Source: Hydrolagus affinis (taxonomy: Eukaryota). From it: a stretch of DNA of 64,000 bases. How positions within the stretch are numbered: the stretch's first letter is position 1; each line of letters opens with the position of its first letter. The notes beneath the pieces were generated by a model. It had not been told where the DNA came from. It worked only from the letters and a program-made list of their open reading frames with translations, and searched no databases. Below are positions 24,768 through 36,780 of this stretch, piece by piece. The DNA lies in the NCBI GenBank assembly GCA_012026655.1, contig JAAILG010000241.1, positions 1 to 64,000 of the forward strand, read 5' to 3'. The translations under genes and the position numbers were made by a program.

Positions 24768-25320
24768 GAGTTCTGTAGCTCAGTGGTTAGAGCACTCACC
24801 TTACAAGTGTGAGATGGGAAGCCAGTGGAGCCTGGCCAGAACTGGTAAGATGTGGGTCCAGGCAGAGTTTTGAATGAGCTGGATCTTTTGAATAGTGGAA
24901 CTGGGGAGACTGGTGAGGAGGTGTGCTTGAGTAATCCTGGCCGGAGGTGATAAACTCATACACGAAGGTTTCAGCTGTATTTGGGGTAAGGTACGGTCGG
25001 AAGTAGGAAATGTGGTGGAGGTGGAAGAAGGGTTGGTCATTCTTGGTCAAGGACTGGATTTGGGGGAGGAAGGATTGATGAGGGTTGAACCGGACACCCA
25101 TATTGCATACTGGTTCTGTGAGTGTGAGGGAGAGCCCAGGGAAGTTGAGGAGTTCAGATCCACAAGAGGGAAGACATTATCGGGAGCAAAGGAGTCCATC
25201 CTATCCATATTGAGCTGCAAGAAGTTTGCCCTCATCCAGGCCCTAATGTCTGCCATACAAGCAGATAGAACATCCGTGGACCTAGAGTTGCTCCTGGAGG
25301 CAAAGTCGATTTGTGTAGTA
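24768..25320 (-). mobile_element. L2 LINE ORF2 fragment (minus), abutting a plus-strand SINE head at 24768-24812
   Basis: Translations DIRAWMRANFLQLN, LHHISYFRPYLT and IQLIQNSA..LARLHWLPI are L2 ORF2 motifs, with frameshifts. Confidence 0.88.
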
Positions 25321-25884
25321 GATCAGTAGATCTCAACTCTATTTAGATCAGTATCTTATTTACTTTGTTTATTACTGTCCTACAATGTTTATATTTTGAA
25401 GGAGAATTCAACTAACACCCTAGATCTCTTTCAGCTAGAGGCACTTTCTCCTTTGGCCTATCCATTTTGCTCTACTGATTTGTACTGCATATGTACTATT
25501 TGTGTAACACAAATAGCCACAAGTTCTGCTGTGGGAGCTCTGTTTACTTGCCCTCAGTCAATCTTTGACTACATACTGTGGGTGGTGTAGAATATTTCAC
25601 TTATAAATAAAATAATTGCTTGAAGAGAAAAGAGCTAAGAGTATGAATTTATATTTTTTAAAAATAGTAAATTGATAGCAGGTGGGTGGCAGAGGCAGAA
25701 AATAAATGCCAACTTATCAAAGGGCTCCCATTCACAATTTAGTGAGTGGACTGTGTAGGCAGGCATGGTGGAAGAAAGCATGTACACATCCTGGTATGAC
25801 TGTTCACTGGATTGAATCAAAATTATTAACCATAGATAAATTCTGATTTGCATGGAAACGTGAATTGTTTTAAAATGTAATATT

Positions 25885-26297
25885 TACATTTGAGATGGAG
25901 CCTTTCAATTGAGGAGAATGTCTCAAAGCACTTCACAGGATGTGCTGTAAAATGCAGTGACTGTGAATTTTGTAGGTGAACAAATCAGCCAATTTGTGCA
26001 CAGCAATATCCTACAAACAGCCATGAAATGACTGATTAATTTTATTGAGGGTGGGGAGGTGTGGTTTATTGGCCAGGTCACCAGAAGAAACTCAAATCAT
26101 CATTGGATTTCATGTGAACTGAATTTAGAGTTTAACATCTCATCTGAAGGACAGCATCTCCAACAATGTAGCACTAGCCTAGAATTTGAATTCAGATGGC
26201 CAGTCTAGAGGATATGAGTTCCAAGTCTTTTTGTGGGGCTTGTACCCACAGCTTTACTGACTCAGAGGCTGGAGAGCTTCTAACTGAGCCAAGCCAA
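25885..26297 (-). mobile_element. Deu-domain-like SINE
   Basis: cagccaatttgtgcacagcaatatcctacaaacagc core, tttaacatctcatctgaaggacagcatctccaaca body, head gactcagagg..ctaactgagccaagc. Confidence 0.75.
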
Positions 26298-26559
26298 CAG
26301 GTTGAAGTCATACATTTACTGTATATGGTTTATATCGTGTTTTGGAGTATTGTATTAGTTCCGTCGAGAAGTTTGGGTATCTGACTAGTACAATGTCAGA
26401 TTGCTAACCTTCGTTAATTATCCAATTTTTATTTTTCACATTCCTACAGCTACCCTCTGCATCCTCCATCCCTCCCTGAGCCCAACCCCCAGCTCGGGTT
26501 CAAATCCCTTACTGGGATGTTCACCTGACGTGAAAGGCATTTTACAAATGGAATGTGTA

Positions 26560-27212
26560 GTCCCGCAGTCCCTCCACCCCGCTCCCTCCCTAGCCTCCTT
26601 CAAGTCCAGCCTCAAGAACCTCCTCTTTGACTGTCCCATCGGTCATTCCATATCCCCCCCTTTCCCTCCACCCCTCCAGTCCCCGACCACAGCTTGGGTC
26701 TGAAACAATGTGTCCAGCGCCTTGGGACGTCCTCCTGATGTGAAGGCGCTATACAAGTGTAATTTTAAAAATGTAGTTATTAACCTCTATTTGTGCAAAC
26801 AGCAGTAATATCAGGAATGAAACACGTGATGGCGCTAGATTCCTCTTGTAACCAGCAGACCTGGCAAATTGTGTGTTTTTCCAAACTCAGAAATTTAAAC
26901 CATAAAACTCACCTGTCGTTCTACGCTGCACCTGCTTAATGTAGAACTGCCTCTCCTTTCTAGAGTTCATAACATCACCACTTAATGCCTTGGGACGTCC
27001 TCCCGACATGAAAGGCGCTCTATAAATGTAATTTTGTTGTTGTTGTTAAAAAAAACAAGACTCTCCTCTTGGATGGACCCATTGGCAACTCCTTATCCCC
27101 CACTTCCCTCCCCTCCATTGTCCTCAGTTCAGGTCTGAAGCAGTGACTGTCCAGCGTCTTGGGACGTTCTCCTGACATGAAAGGCGCAGTACCAATGTAG
27201 TTTAGTTGTTAA
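26560..27212 (+). mobile_element. Cluster of three L2 3'-end copies
   Basis: Tail CCTTGGGACGTCCTCC.GA.GTGAAGGCGCT.TA recurs at ~26715, ~26987 and ~27152; SLASFKSSLKNLLF precedes the first. Confidence 0.85.
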
Positions 27213-28979
27213 CAGTTAGTACAGTATTCTACTGGAACACGCGATTAATTTACCGTTATTGAATTTTGGTAAACGTGGACACCTACACACTTTTGCAAAG
27301 CATTAATTTTAAGTTTTGAGTTTCATTTGTTAACCCCTATTTAACCCATTGCCATTATGACATATGTAGCTCTACTACACTGTAAAGTGTGTTGAGAACC
27401 TAGATTTGCTCCCATAAGGAATTTTAAATAGAAGTTGAATAATAATAATCCTATGAATTTAAATGGTGATCAAGCAAACCACTCTGTGTATATATCTAGA
27501 GAGAGAGAGAGAAAAAGAGGGTGTTTTAGATATGTATTTAAAATGGAAAAAATCATAGTTAAAACTGGCTGTTATTTAGGTCTTGAGCAAAACATGTGTG
27601 GCGGGATTTCATTATTCCAAATCGTTCCAGATTAAAATTCTTAACATCTAATTCTTGCAATCTAAAATTCCCAAATCATTCCAAGAACAAACATAAAGAG
27701 GTTTACTAATGAATCATTCCTGGATTGGACAGCCAGAGTACAACACTAGTAAGTTATTCTCCATGTAGTGTCAACACGAGTGAATGCCAAACGTATTAAT
27801 AAACAATTGACAGCATTTAAACGAAAACACGTTTGTTTTTCTGAGAATAGCTATACAGTATAATAATGGTGTGTGTGGGGGGGGGGGAGTAATAAAAATT
27901 CTGAAATTTTGCCCAATGACAACTCTGACCAGACAGAAGAAGGAAATTTCACAATGGATTGGATTACACAAAACTGAAAGGCACTGTTTATATTGTGCTG
28001 TATAGCGTTTTAAGGAATAGACACCAACACGTAAATATATATAAGTGTAACCACGAATCAAATCAACAGATGACTTGGTGGGTGGCGTTTAATGATGTGC
28101 AGAATGTGCAACTTTACCAGCGGGTTTGGTTGTCTCTGTGAAGCTGCCGGGTTCCCATTTGAAGGAATGTTAACTGACATGCATTACAGCAAGAGCATCG
28201 GAACAGACAAAAGTGATGATGTACAGATTAGCACCGACTGACCGTGTGACCGACTGACTTGACTGACTGACTGAGGTTGAAACGCAGCATCGTCAGTGTT
28301 CAGAGTTCAGTGGATACTCCCTGAGATGGGAGTGACAATGAATCGTTCACATGGTGGAACTCTCTCTCTCTCTCCCTCTCCCTCCTTGTGTGTTTGGAGC
28401 CGGGCAGCTCATTCCTGGAACAATTCTGGGGAAACAATTCCTGCCAACGTCGATCTCTTCTGTACAATAAGTCGATTCTGTGACAGGTCGAGTTGCGTTT
28501 ACTTGATGCTACTTGATATTTTGGAGAGGAAGCGCTTGCATCTCTCCCCCCCCTCTCTCTGTGTGTGTGTGTATATATATATATATACAGTATATAGCCA
28601 GTAAGATAGCTAGTGATTTGTGTCTCTTTCATTCTTCTCTCCCAGGGCTGAAGAGGAAACAAATATCTTTTAAGAAACAGATCCAGTTACAACGGGATGC
28701 GTCACTTCACTCTGTAGATCACATGATAATTGCTGCTATTTCAAGAATCGAGACCTTGGAGCTATATATATATATATATATCTCTAATTCTAATATATAT
28801 ATATATTATTTGCGCCTGTTTTTGAGTGACCATCCGATTGCCAGGTTGTCCAGTTGGCGATGATCGAATAAAGCTGTGAGTGGTTTTTTTTTGAGCCTCT
28901 GAGAGTCCAGGGCAGCCTCTAATTGGTTTCTCAATGAAAGATAATCACCAGCTCCCCAGAGAAGCACTAAGCATCGATA

Positions 28980-29110
28980 CACACACACACATACACACAC
29001 ACAGCATTTATACTCCTCACTCATCCTTCTCCCCCCCCTTTTCCCCCCCTGTCCATTCAGCAATAAGTGTATCGAACACATGTGTTTTATCATCATCACC
29101 ATTAGTGCCT

Positions 29111-29144
<34 letters not shown>

Positions 29145-29465
29145 TCACTCACTTACTCTCTCTCTCTTTCTCCTTCGTCTCCTCTCTTCTCTGTCTCTCT
29201 CTCCCTGTGTGTCTCTCGCTGGTCCCTGTAGCTCAGGAGGGAGGGAAGACAGGCAACACACTACAAAGATCAGCAAAGATCGGGTTTGTTTTTTGTTTGT
29301 TTCTTTCCACCCCCCTCCCTCCCCACTCCCCCAACCCCTCTCCCTATCTCTCCCTTGTTTTGTTTGTAGTCCTTGTTCGTTGGGTGCAAACTTTATTTTT
29401 TTTGGGGGGGAGGTGGGTGGGTGGGTTGGGGGGAGGGGGAGGGGTGGGGGGGGTTAGTGGGGGAA
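28980..29465 (+). repeat. Simple-repeat-rich 5' region of PRKG1-alpha: (CA)n, (CT)n, C-tracts and G-tracts
   Basis: Directly visible upstream of ATG 29496. Confidence 0.85.
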
Positions 29466-29495
29466 GAGGAAGAAAAAAAAAGGGAGTGAAAGAAA

Positions 29496-29761
29496 ATGAG
29501 TGATCTGGAAGAGGACTTTGCTACCATTCTGATCCTGAAAGAAGAAAGGATCCGGCAGCTGGAGGTGCGTTTAGCTGAGAAAGAGGAAGAGATTCAAGAG
29601 CTGAGGAGAAAACTTCACAAATGTCAGTCCGTCCTGCCCAGCACCAAAATCATCGCCCCGAGAACCAGGAGAGCTCAGGGCATCTCAGCCGAGCCCCAAA
29701 CCTACCGCTCCTTCCAGGATCTTACACGGCAGCCTTTCCGAAGGCACAACAAATCCGAAAG
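29496..29761 (+). CDS. PRKG1: PRKG1 alternative first exon 1-alpha (leucine/isoleucine zipper and autoinhibitory region)
   Basis: MSDLEEDFATILILKEERIRQLE...HKCQSVLP...RAQGISAEPQTYRSF...KSER; 266 nt, phase-2 donor AG|GTAAGT compatible with the exon at 62719. Confidence 0.98.
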
Positions 29762-30877
29762 GTAAGTGAGATCCAAGGCTATAGATAAATAAACTGTGTG
29801 TGTGTGTGTTTGTGTGGTGTGTCTGTGTATGTGTGTGAGACACTATCTAACTCACATGGATTGGTCCAGCGTTAAATGGATACACTGATGGATGGGAAGT
29901 AACTGGCGTTTACTTTGCTTCAGGTCCTGGTGGGGATTTGGAGCAGAATTTGAATGTGTTTTACGGATTGTTTTGTGTGTGTGTGTGTGTGTTTTGAGTT
30001 GGGGGTGGTGGGGTGGGGGGAATAGCAATTCTATTGTGTTTTCTTGTCATTCATTCATCCTGCGATTATAACAATCTCTGATCCAAACACACACACACAC
30101 ACACATTCACACACACAAAGCTTGTCGTGTGTTGTTCTTCTGTCCTCATTTGTTCCCACACATGGTTATTGACAGACAGGTGTGAGAATCACTGAACTTC
30201 ACAACTCGATCCCGGGTCTGTCCAGTGGGAGGGGGGGTGAGGGGTGGGGAGAGGGGGGGGGGGGGGGAGAGAGAAAAATATAAATATTTTAAGTCGTGGC
30301 AACGTCGTCAGTTACTATGGAGATGGGTGTTATTGCAACATTAATATAAACGTGGATAATAATCACTCCATTTAGACAGTTTACACTTCACTTGTGTTGG
30401 TGGAGGGGAAGTGCTAAAATGCCCATCGGATCTGCATATACAGTTGCCAAACTACATGATTTAACCATTTCCTGATCTCAGCCATCAGAGATGAATGTCA
30501 TTAACTTGGCACTGGAATATTTCAGTGAACTGGGAGGAAGTTTTTTTGCGGTGAAGATTGAGAGAATAAGGTTCGCAATAGGTTTAACGTAATGAAAAGC
30601 ACATTTAGCACACAGAGCACATGGGAAAATGCTATCCCAGCCACCAATAACAAGCAGTGCACTTATTGCTCTGGGATATCACACGTTACTTTCCCAACAA
30701 TCCTCTGCTGTTCTCATATGTCCACCCGAATGGTTATAAAATATTATTGTTTTACTATTATTTACTATTTTTATAAAATGCCAACGTATGGATCTGTCTC
30801 AGGCTGATTCCCCCCTTTCGAGTTTAAGATAACCTGTGAGAGGTGTGAAATCTCAGAAGTTCATTCTCGCCCACATT

Positions 30878-31242
30878 AGTAGTAATAATAATCCTTGCAT
30901 TTGTTGCAGTGCTTCTCACGTCTTCTCAGCGCTTTGGGACGTCCTCCCGACGTGAAAGGCGCTCTATAAATGTAATTTTGTTGTTGTTGTTTTGTCTCAC
31001 GGCGCTTCACAGAATATAGTGTAAAATGAATTGACTGCGTATTTGTGGGCGAAACGCCGCAGCCATTTGCGCACGGCAGTGTCCCGCAAATAGCCATGGA
31101 TTGAAATGACCATTTTATTTTGAGGGATTATTATCAGGCGTGTGCAATAAGGAAACTTGTCCAAGGTTTCGCCCTGCCTGGAATTGAACCCAGGTCTCTC
31201 GCTTGCAGGATTAGTACTCTAACCACTGAGTTACAGGACTCC
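30878..31242 (-). mobile_element. tRNA-derived SINE with an opposite-strand L2 tail inserted at ~30927-30993
   Basis: Family consensus interrupted by cagcgctttgggacgtcctcccgacgtgaaaggcgctctataaatgtaattttgttg. Confidence 0.9.
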
Positions 31243-32384
31243 ACATTGGCTAGATATACAGGCTTTATGCTGTGAAGCTGCACTTAGGTATCCAACCGGA
31301 TCTCGCTATCGATTTCAAAAAGGATGAAATCAATCAATAAGTCATCTTTTGAAGCACATACATTTCCATTAGTTGAAATCTGGATTTGTGCACAGCACAA
31401 AATGTCTCGGTTCTTAAGCGGCTCCTAATTTCCGTGTACTGTGTAGGCCTTTTTAATTAGTATATATATATATATATAAAGTATAGAAACAATTCACTGA
31501 AAGTATTTTTTAGATTCATGCCATTTTTATAAATAAATACCATAATTTTGGTGGTGAGGATCTAGCTGTCCATGCAATTTGTGAACGTCCATGTGCGGTT
31601 ATTGCTCATAGTTGAATTGATGAAATAAAGCTGAATAGGACAGGACCAGAGATACAAGCCATCCATCTAATTGATGCTGAATGTTGCTGCTTGCCTTTAC
31701 AGTCCAAATTGTCCTCGGTGTTTTGAGATCACAGTGTGTTTGTTTTCTATGGAGAAATCGTAAGAGGGGTGGTGGTGGGCTGGGCATTTTTCAGCGTGTG
31801 GAGGATACTGACAGACAAGTTATTGAGTGATGTCTGGGCTGAAATAGCGTTGCCTGAAGCAGAGTGCTAGCAAATGGCAGCTGTCTCCAGAGAGGCAGGG
31901 ATACACTAGGGGAACAGGGCGCCAGTGCACTAGAGATCAGAGCCTGCAGACAGGCTTTTAACCCTCTCATTTCTGACAGACGGGGGACAATCTGGACAGC
32001 TGGTCGCTGTCAAAAAGCCTCAATCGACAATATTCCTCCCCCGGTAGTATAGAGGGCCTGGTGCCCACTTTCAGCCGCAGATATAACGTAATGCTTCCGG
32101 CGCAACAATTGTTGCCAAAGATGATAAATAATTTATGTGCGCGCTGGAAATAATGGCTTTTCCCGTAATGTGGAGACAGCTGCAGACAGTAAGGTAAAAC
32201 TTTGATCAGGCCTGTCCATGTGATGTCTGAGACACAAGGATGTCGCTTCCCATTCGTTGCATCCGGTTAAGTGCTTGCGAGAGAGGTGTGCTCACACACA
32301 CACCGTACAACACAGACTAATCCAGACCATCGCACTAACGCAGACCATCTAACAGCAGGTTATTTTTATTTTCAGATTATTCTT

Positions 32385-32440
32385 AAAGCGCTCCGTCTGG
32401 CGTGGAGGGCGCTATATAAATTGAAATTGTTGTTGTTGGT
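32385..32440 (+). mobile_element. L2-type 3' tail fragment (second subfamily)
   Basis: ccgtctggcgtggagggcgctatataaa..(TTG)n; inverted copy at 33308-33376, similar copy at 52310-52380. Confidence 0.8.
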
Positions 32441-33307
32441 CTCAGCCTACATCAGTTAGTCTTGTGCTCTAAATGCACACAGTAGTCCTAAATTGCTTTG
32501 AAAGGACAGTATAGTTGATAGGATGAGTGAATCTTTAGACCTAATGTCTGCTTTTGTCTGCAAGACCTACAACCGATACAACTTGAACAAAACACATGAG
32601 CAAATAAATGTCCCTGAAGAACATATTGTGTAAAGTAACAGTTTTGATTATAAGTATGATATCCTATCATATTGGAGTGCAGTTTGCGGTGGTGTTTTAT
32701 TGGCGGATGGGTGATTGGTAAAGTTTCGAGCTCATGTGATCTCCCATTACCGAGGGGTGGAGATGGGTATTGCTCTGATGTTAAGTACCCACTGCTCCAA
32801 AAGCAAGACAGCGCAGCCAAACTGGTTTCCAGCAAACGAGTTGACCAAAAGTGCACTTCATTAAATGGGTTCAGCATTGATCAACTTACGAGCATATCAA
32901 GCGACAGCAGGGAGCTCCTTTACAGGTCTCATTATGTGAGAAAGCAACCATATCAATATGGAGTTTAGGAGAATTTGGATCTGAAGAAGTTGGAATGAAA
33001 TGTCAGTCATGTTTGTCGTCCCAGCTGCCGCTCACTGGACTCCATACAGAAGTGACTAACTTGGATCCCAATTTGACCAGCACTGAGATTCAGCTGTTTC
33101 ACTAATTCTCAACCTGGTGGCTAGATGGAACATTTGTTTTAGTCTAACAGCTTTTATGTGTTGGAGGGAGAAAAACTGGAGAATCTCCACCTTGTCAGTT
33201 GATTGCAGAGGCATCGGTGATGGCTGCGGGACAGACATTAAACTCACTTCACATGGGGCTAGGAACTTCAGTCTATATACTGTACCAAGACCATTAGGGA
33301 CACATCT

Positions 33308-33376
33308 ACAACAACAACAACAACAACAACTTTGATTTATATAGCGCCCTCCACGCCAGACGGCGTCTCAGAGCAC
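33308..33376 (-). mobile_element. L2-type 3' tail fragment with (CAA)n
   Basis: Reverse complement of the 32385 and 52310 tails. Confidence 0.8.
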
Positions 33377-33619
33377 ATCTCCATACATGGTATAGATTGT
33401 CTGGGAACTGTGAGAAATGTAGCCAATATGTATTATTTATATTTATATTGAATGTACATTGTCATATTTGTATTGGAAGGATACTTTAAACTAAAAAAAA
33501 TTCTAGAGAGCTGAGAGTTCAATGCTTATCATGTGGCACAATTATATAATAATGTAAAGTTATATAACAATGATCATCTTTGAATTTGATATATCACATC
33601 ATTGGTTATATAGGATATA

Positions 33620-33945
33620 CTGTAAAGTTTTGTGGGTGAAACGCAGCAGCCAGTTGCGCACAGTAATGTTCCACAAACAGCTATGGAGTGAGTGACCAAT
33701 TTTATTTGGGGGGATTGTTGATCCCTTCTCTTTTTTGGGGATAGTGCAACGGGATCTTTAACATCCACCCGAAAAGACAGATGGGACTTCTATTTAACGT
33801 TGTCTGATGGACGGCACCTCCGACATTGCAAACACCCCCAGCACTGCAGTGGATGTCAGCTTCAATTATATGATTCCACATAGGCTTGAGCTCACAAACG
33901 TCTGACTCAGAGGTGATAATGCTACCACTGCACCAGGCTGACACA
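33620..33945 (-). mobile_element. Deu-domain-like SINE
   Basis: Rev: GTGTCAGCCTGG..GTGGTAGCA..CCTCTGAGTCAGA head; GGTGGATGTTAAAGATCCC; CTGTTTGTGGAAC..GTGCGCAACTGGCTGC core. Confidence 0.8.
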
Positions 33946-34044
33946 CTGAAGGTACAAGCCCTTATAAACTGGAGCACAACTTTCAGTTGATCAAGGAAGC
34001 ATTGATGATGTCTGTGGGACTGAACATTGTAATATGACTATTGG

Positions 34045-34410
34045 AGTAGTCTTGCCTCTGAGTTGGAAGATTTTGAATTCTAGTCCCACATCCGGACTTT
34101 GACCTCAGTGCCAGACTGACAGTTCAATAAAGGCTGAAGGAGCCTTGCATTGTTGGAAGTGCTGTTCTTCAGATAAGACGTTAAACAGAGGTCATTTTGC
34201 TTGTGCAAGTGAAGATTTCATGACACTATTTGAAAACAGAAGGGATTTTCTTTCATTGTATTCACCAATATTCCCCCAATATAAAATTGGTCATTCACTT
34301 CATAGTTATTTGTGGGATGTAGCTGTGTGCAAATAGGCTGTCATGTTTGCCTACCAAATACACACTCAATACATCTTTCCAATGTGAAAGATGCTATAAC
34401 AAATGCAAAT
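34045..34410 (+). mobile_element. Deu-domain-like SINE (diverged)
   Basis: Same motifs in plus orientation, head-to-head with the 33620 copy. Confidence 0.7.
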
Positions 34411-36351
34411 ATATATATATATATATTTTTAAAGTGGAATTTCTAAGATCTGGCCAGTGATTTCAACCATTGATAGAATAATTTTGGGTTGGCTGGAGTA
34501 TTGCATGTTCCCTGGATACGTAAATCATTGATTGTTGAATTCTCAAAAGCAGGTATGTCCTATCAAACTGAAGTTGTTAACACAAAACCAACAAATAAAC
34601 ATTGCAATGGTGGTGCAGTAGGAATAAAATATCAGACCGACAAATAACATGGATTATTTTGCAGCAGTACAAAAATCATAACGAACGGTAAGTGAATAAT
34701 ACTGAAAAAAGCATGATTGAGGGGACGTAATTTCAGTCCTTTCTAACAATGTATTTCATAAACTATAATCAATACTGTACATGAATCTGGATTTCCTTCT
34801 TTTTTTTCCTTTCAAATAAAAGTAGAGGCTTTGCTGCATATTTTTAAAATTAATACAAAATGTACAGCCAAATGATTTCTCTCATGGTTGAATGTGTATC
34901 CGAATCATAAATACTGCAAAGATTAAGGGCTAACTTAACTTATCTCGGTCTTGACGGCTGTGGGATATTAGAGATGGTCTCAGAACCCCAGGTTAGGGAA
35001 GGAAGTGTCAGTCAGAATCCCCAATCTGTTTCTAATCAAAACATATTTGTGTTTCATAAGTATTCATAGGGGAATTGTGGTCAACACATCAGTAATTGTG
35101 CCCCAGTGTGTCATCAGATCAACATTCCAGGTATATAATGATTCATATTGAATTGCTGAAGAAGAGTAGATGATGCAAATTGTGAATGCAATGATGGAAC
35201 CAAATGTATTGCTTTCCTCTGGTTTTACATTTTGGAGGTTAATATTGAATTGAGTATTCTGCTGTTTCATACATTTGCACATTAGAAATGATCTATCAAA
35301 CTTTAAATTTATTTCTATTTCGGTAATGATCTCCTTACAATAAATGATACCATTAGTGATAATTTTAGACACTAGTGCACAGTTTCGCTCATCAATTAAA
35401 AAATGGATTATTCAAACCACTCATGTGGCTATTGATTTCAATCGGAAGAGCAATGCCAGGAAGTAGTAAAGGGGGATATTTGAAACCATCTCTTTGTTCA
35501 AGGTGCTTCCAAGGGCAAAAGACTACAAAAGTAATGATTTGTGAACAAAATTGAATACAAAAGAATAAGTGTGATGGTTACTTTCCAACCGTATGGCCTT
35601 TAATATTCATTAATTCTCGGATTAAAATAGGCACTTAAAACTAAATGTGCCTAATGTATGCAGTTTGCTGATATTGATATACAGCAAAATCATAGACATC
35701 ATTGTACTGTATTTCAAAAAGTTCCTCTAATGGATTATTAATTTGATAGTCAGTATATCCTTTCAAGAAGGGTTAGACTGAAATTACATGAATGGATCAG
35801 TAGGAATATTTTAATCACTTCTAATGCTATATATTGTTTTGGAGATCATGAACAAAGCACAGAGTAAAATAATGTCATGTTGTATGCACAGATGAATATT
35901 TTTTTCCCCCATTACTTGCTCTTTTGTTAAAATGACAGTTCTGTAAAATCACCAATGTTTTTACAGTACATCCAGATTTGTTGTAGATTTGATTGGTTTG
36001 TTGAAAAAGGGTTTGAATGTGTTATATTGTTTGACATTCTATCTCAGAAGAACTCTATAAACTGTAGCAAATTGGAACATTATTTCACTTGACCTGGGTG
36101 TATGTCCGGACCAGATGCACGGGATGAAAGTCTGTAATGTACAATAAAATTAGCTGACTCACTACTTCTTGCTGGGTGTGGGTTCACAACACCAAATTAT
36201 CCCTAATTCTGCGCTCTGACAATGGAAATTTGATTTGTATAGTGCCTTTCACTTCGGGAGGCGCCGGGTCTCACCCAGGATTTTTGGACAGAGCAGTGAA
36301 AATGGTTTTAACAGCACAAATAAGAAGTATCCCTCTGAGGTTGGTCTTAAG

Positions 36352-36780
36352 TATGTCAGTTTGGCTCCGCTGATACCGCTCTTGTCTCTCAGTCAGAAAA
36401 TTGTGGGTCAAATCCTGTGTTAGTACTTTGAACTGAGCTGACCCTCCAATGCTGCCCTGGAGGATTCCTGCATTGTTGGAGTTTCCGTCCTTTGCATAAG
36501 ACATTAAACTGAGAACCTGTCTTCCTCTTCAGTTGGATGGTAAAGATCTTGTAAGACTATTTGAATGGAGAAGGGAGTTTCCCCCCGCCAGTATCCTGGC
36601 CAACAATCCCCCACATAAAATTGATTACAGTATTCACTTCATGGCTGTTTGTGGGACTTTACAAGTCGGTTGCTATGTTTGTTTCTTAAAAATACGCAGT
36701 TACTACACTTTATGATATTTCCTGTGAAGCACTTTAAGATGTCCTTCAGGCATGAATGGCCATTTCAAATGCAAGGGTTT
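36352..36780 (+). mobile_element. Deu-domain-like SINE (diverged)
   Basis: tgtcagtttggctc..agtcagaaaattgtggg head; gttggatggtaaagatc; gctgtttgtgggac core; L2-type tail. Confidence 0.72.

Noticed and set aside
28934-29503. 189-aa ORF upstream of PRKG1-alpha
   Set aside because: Translation of (CA)n, (CT)n and G-tracts; low complexity explains the absence of stops.
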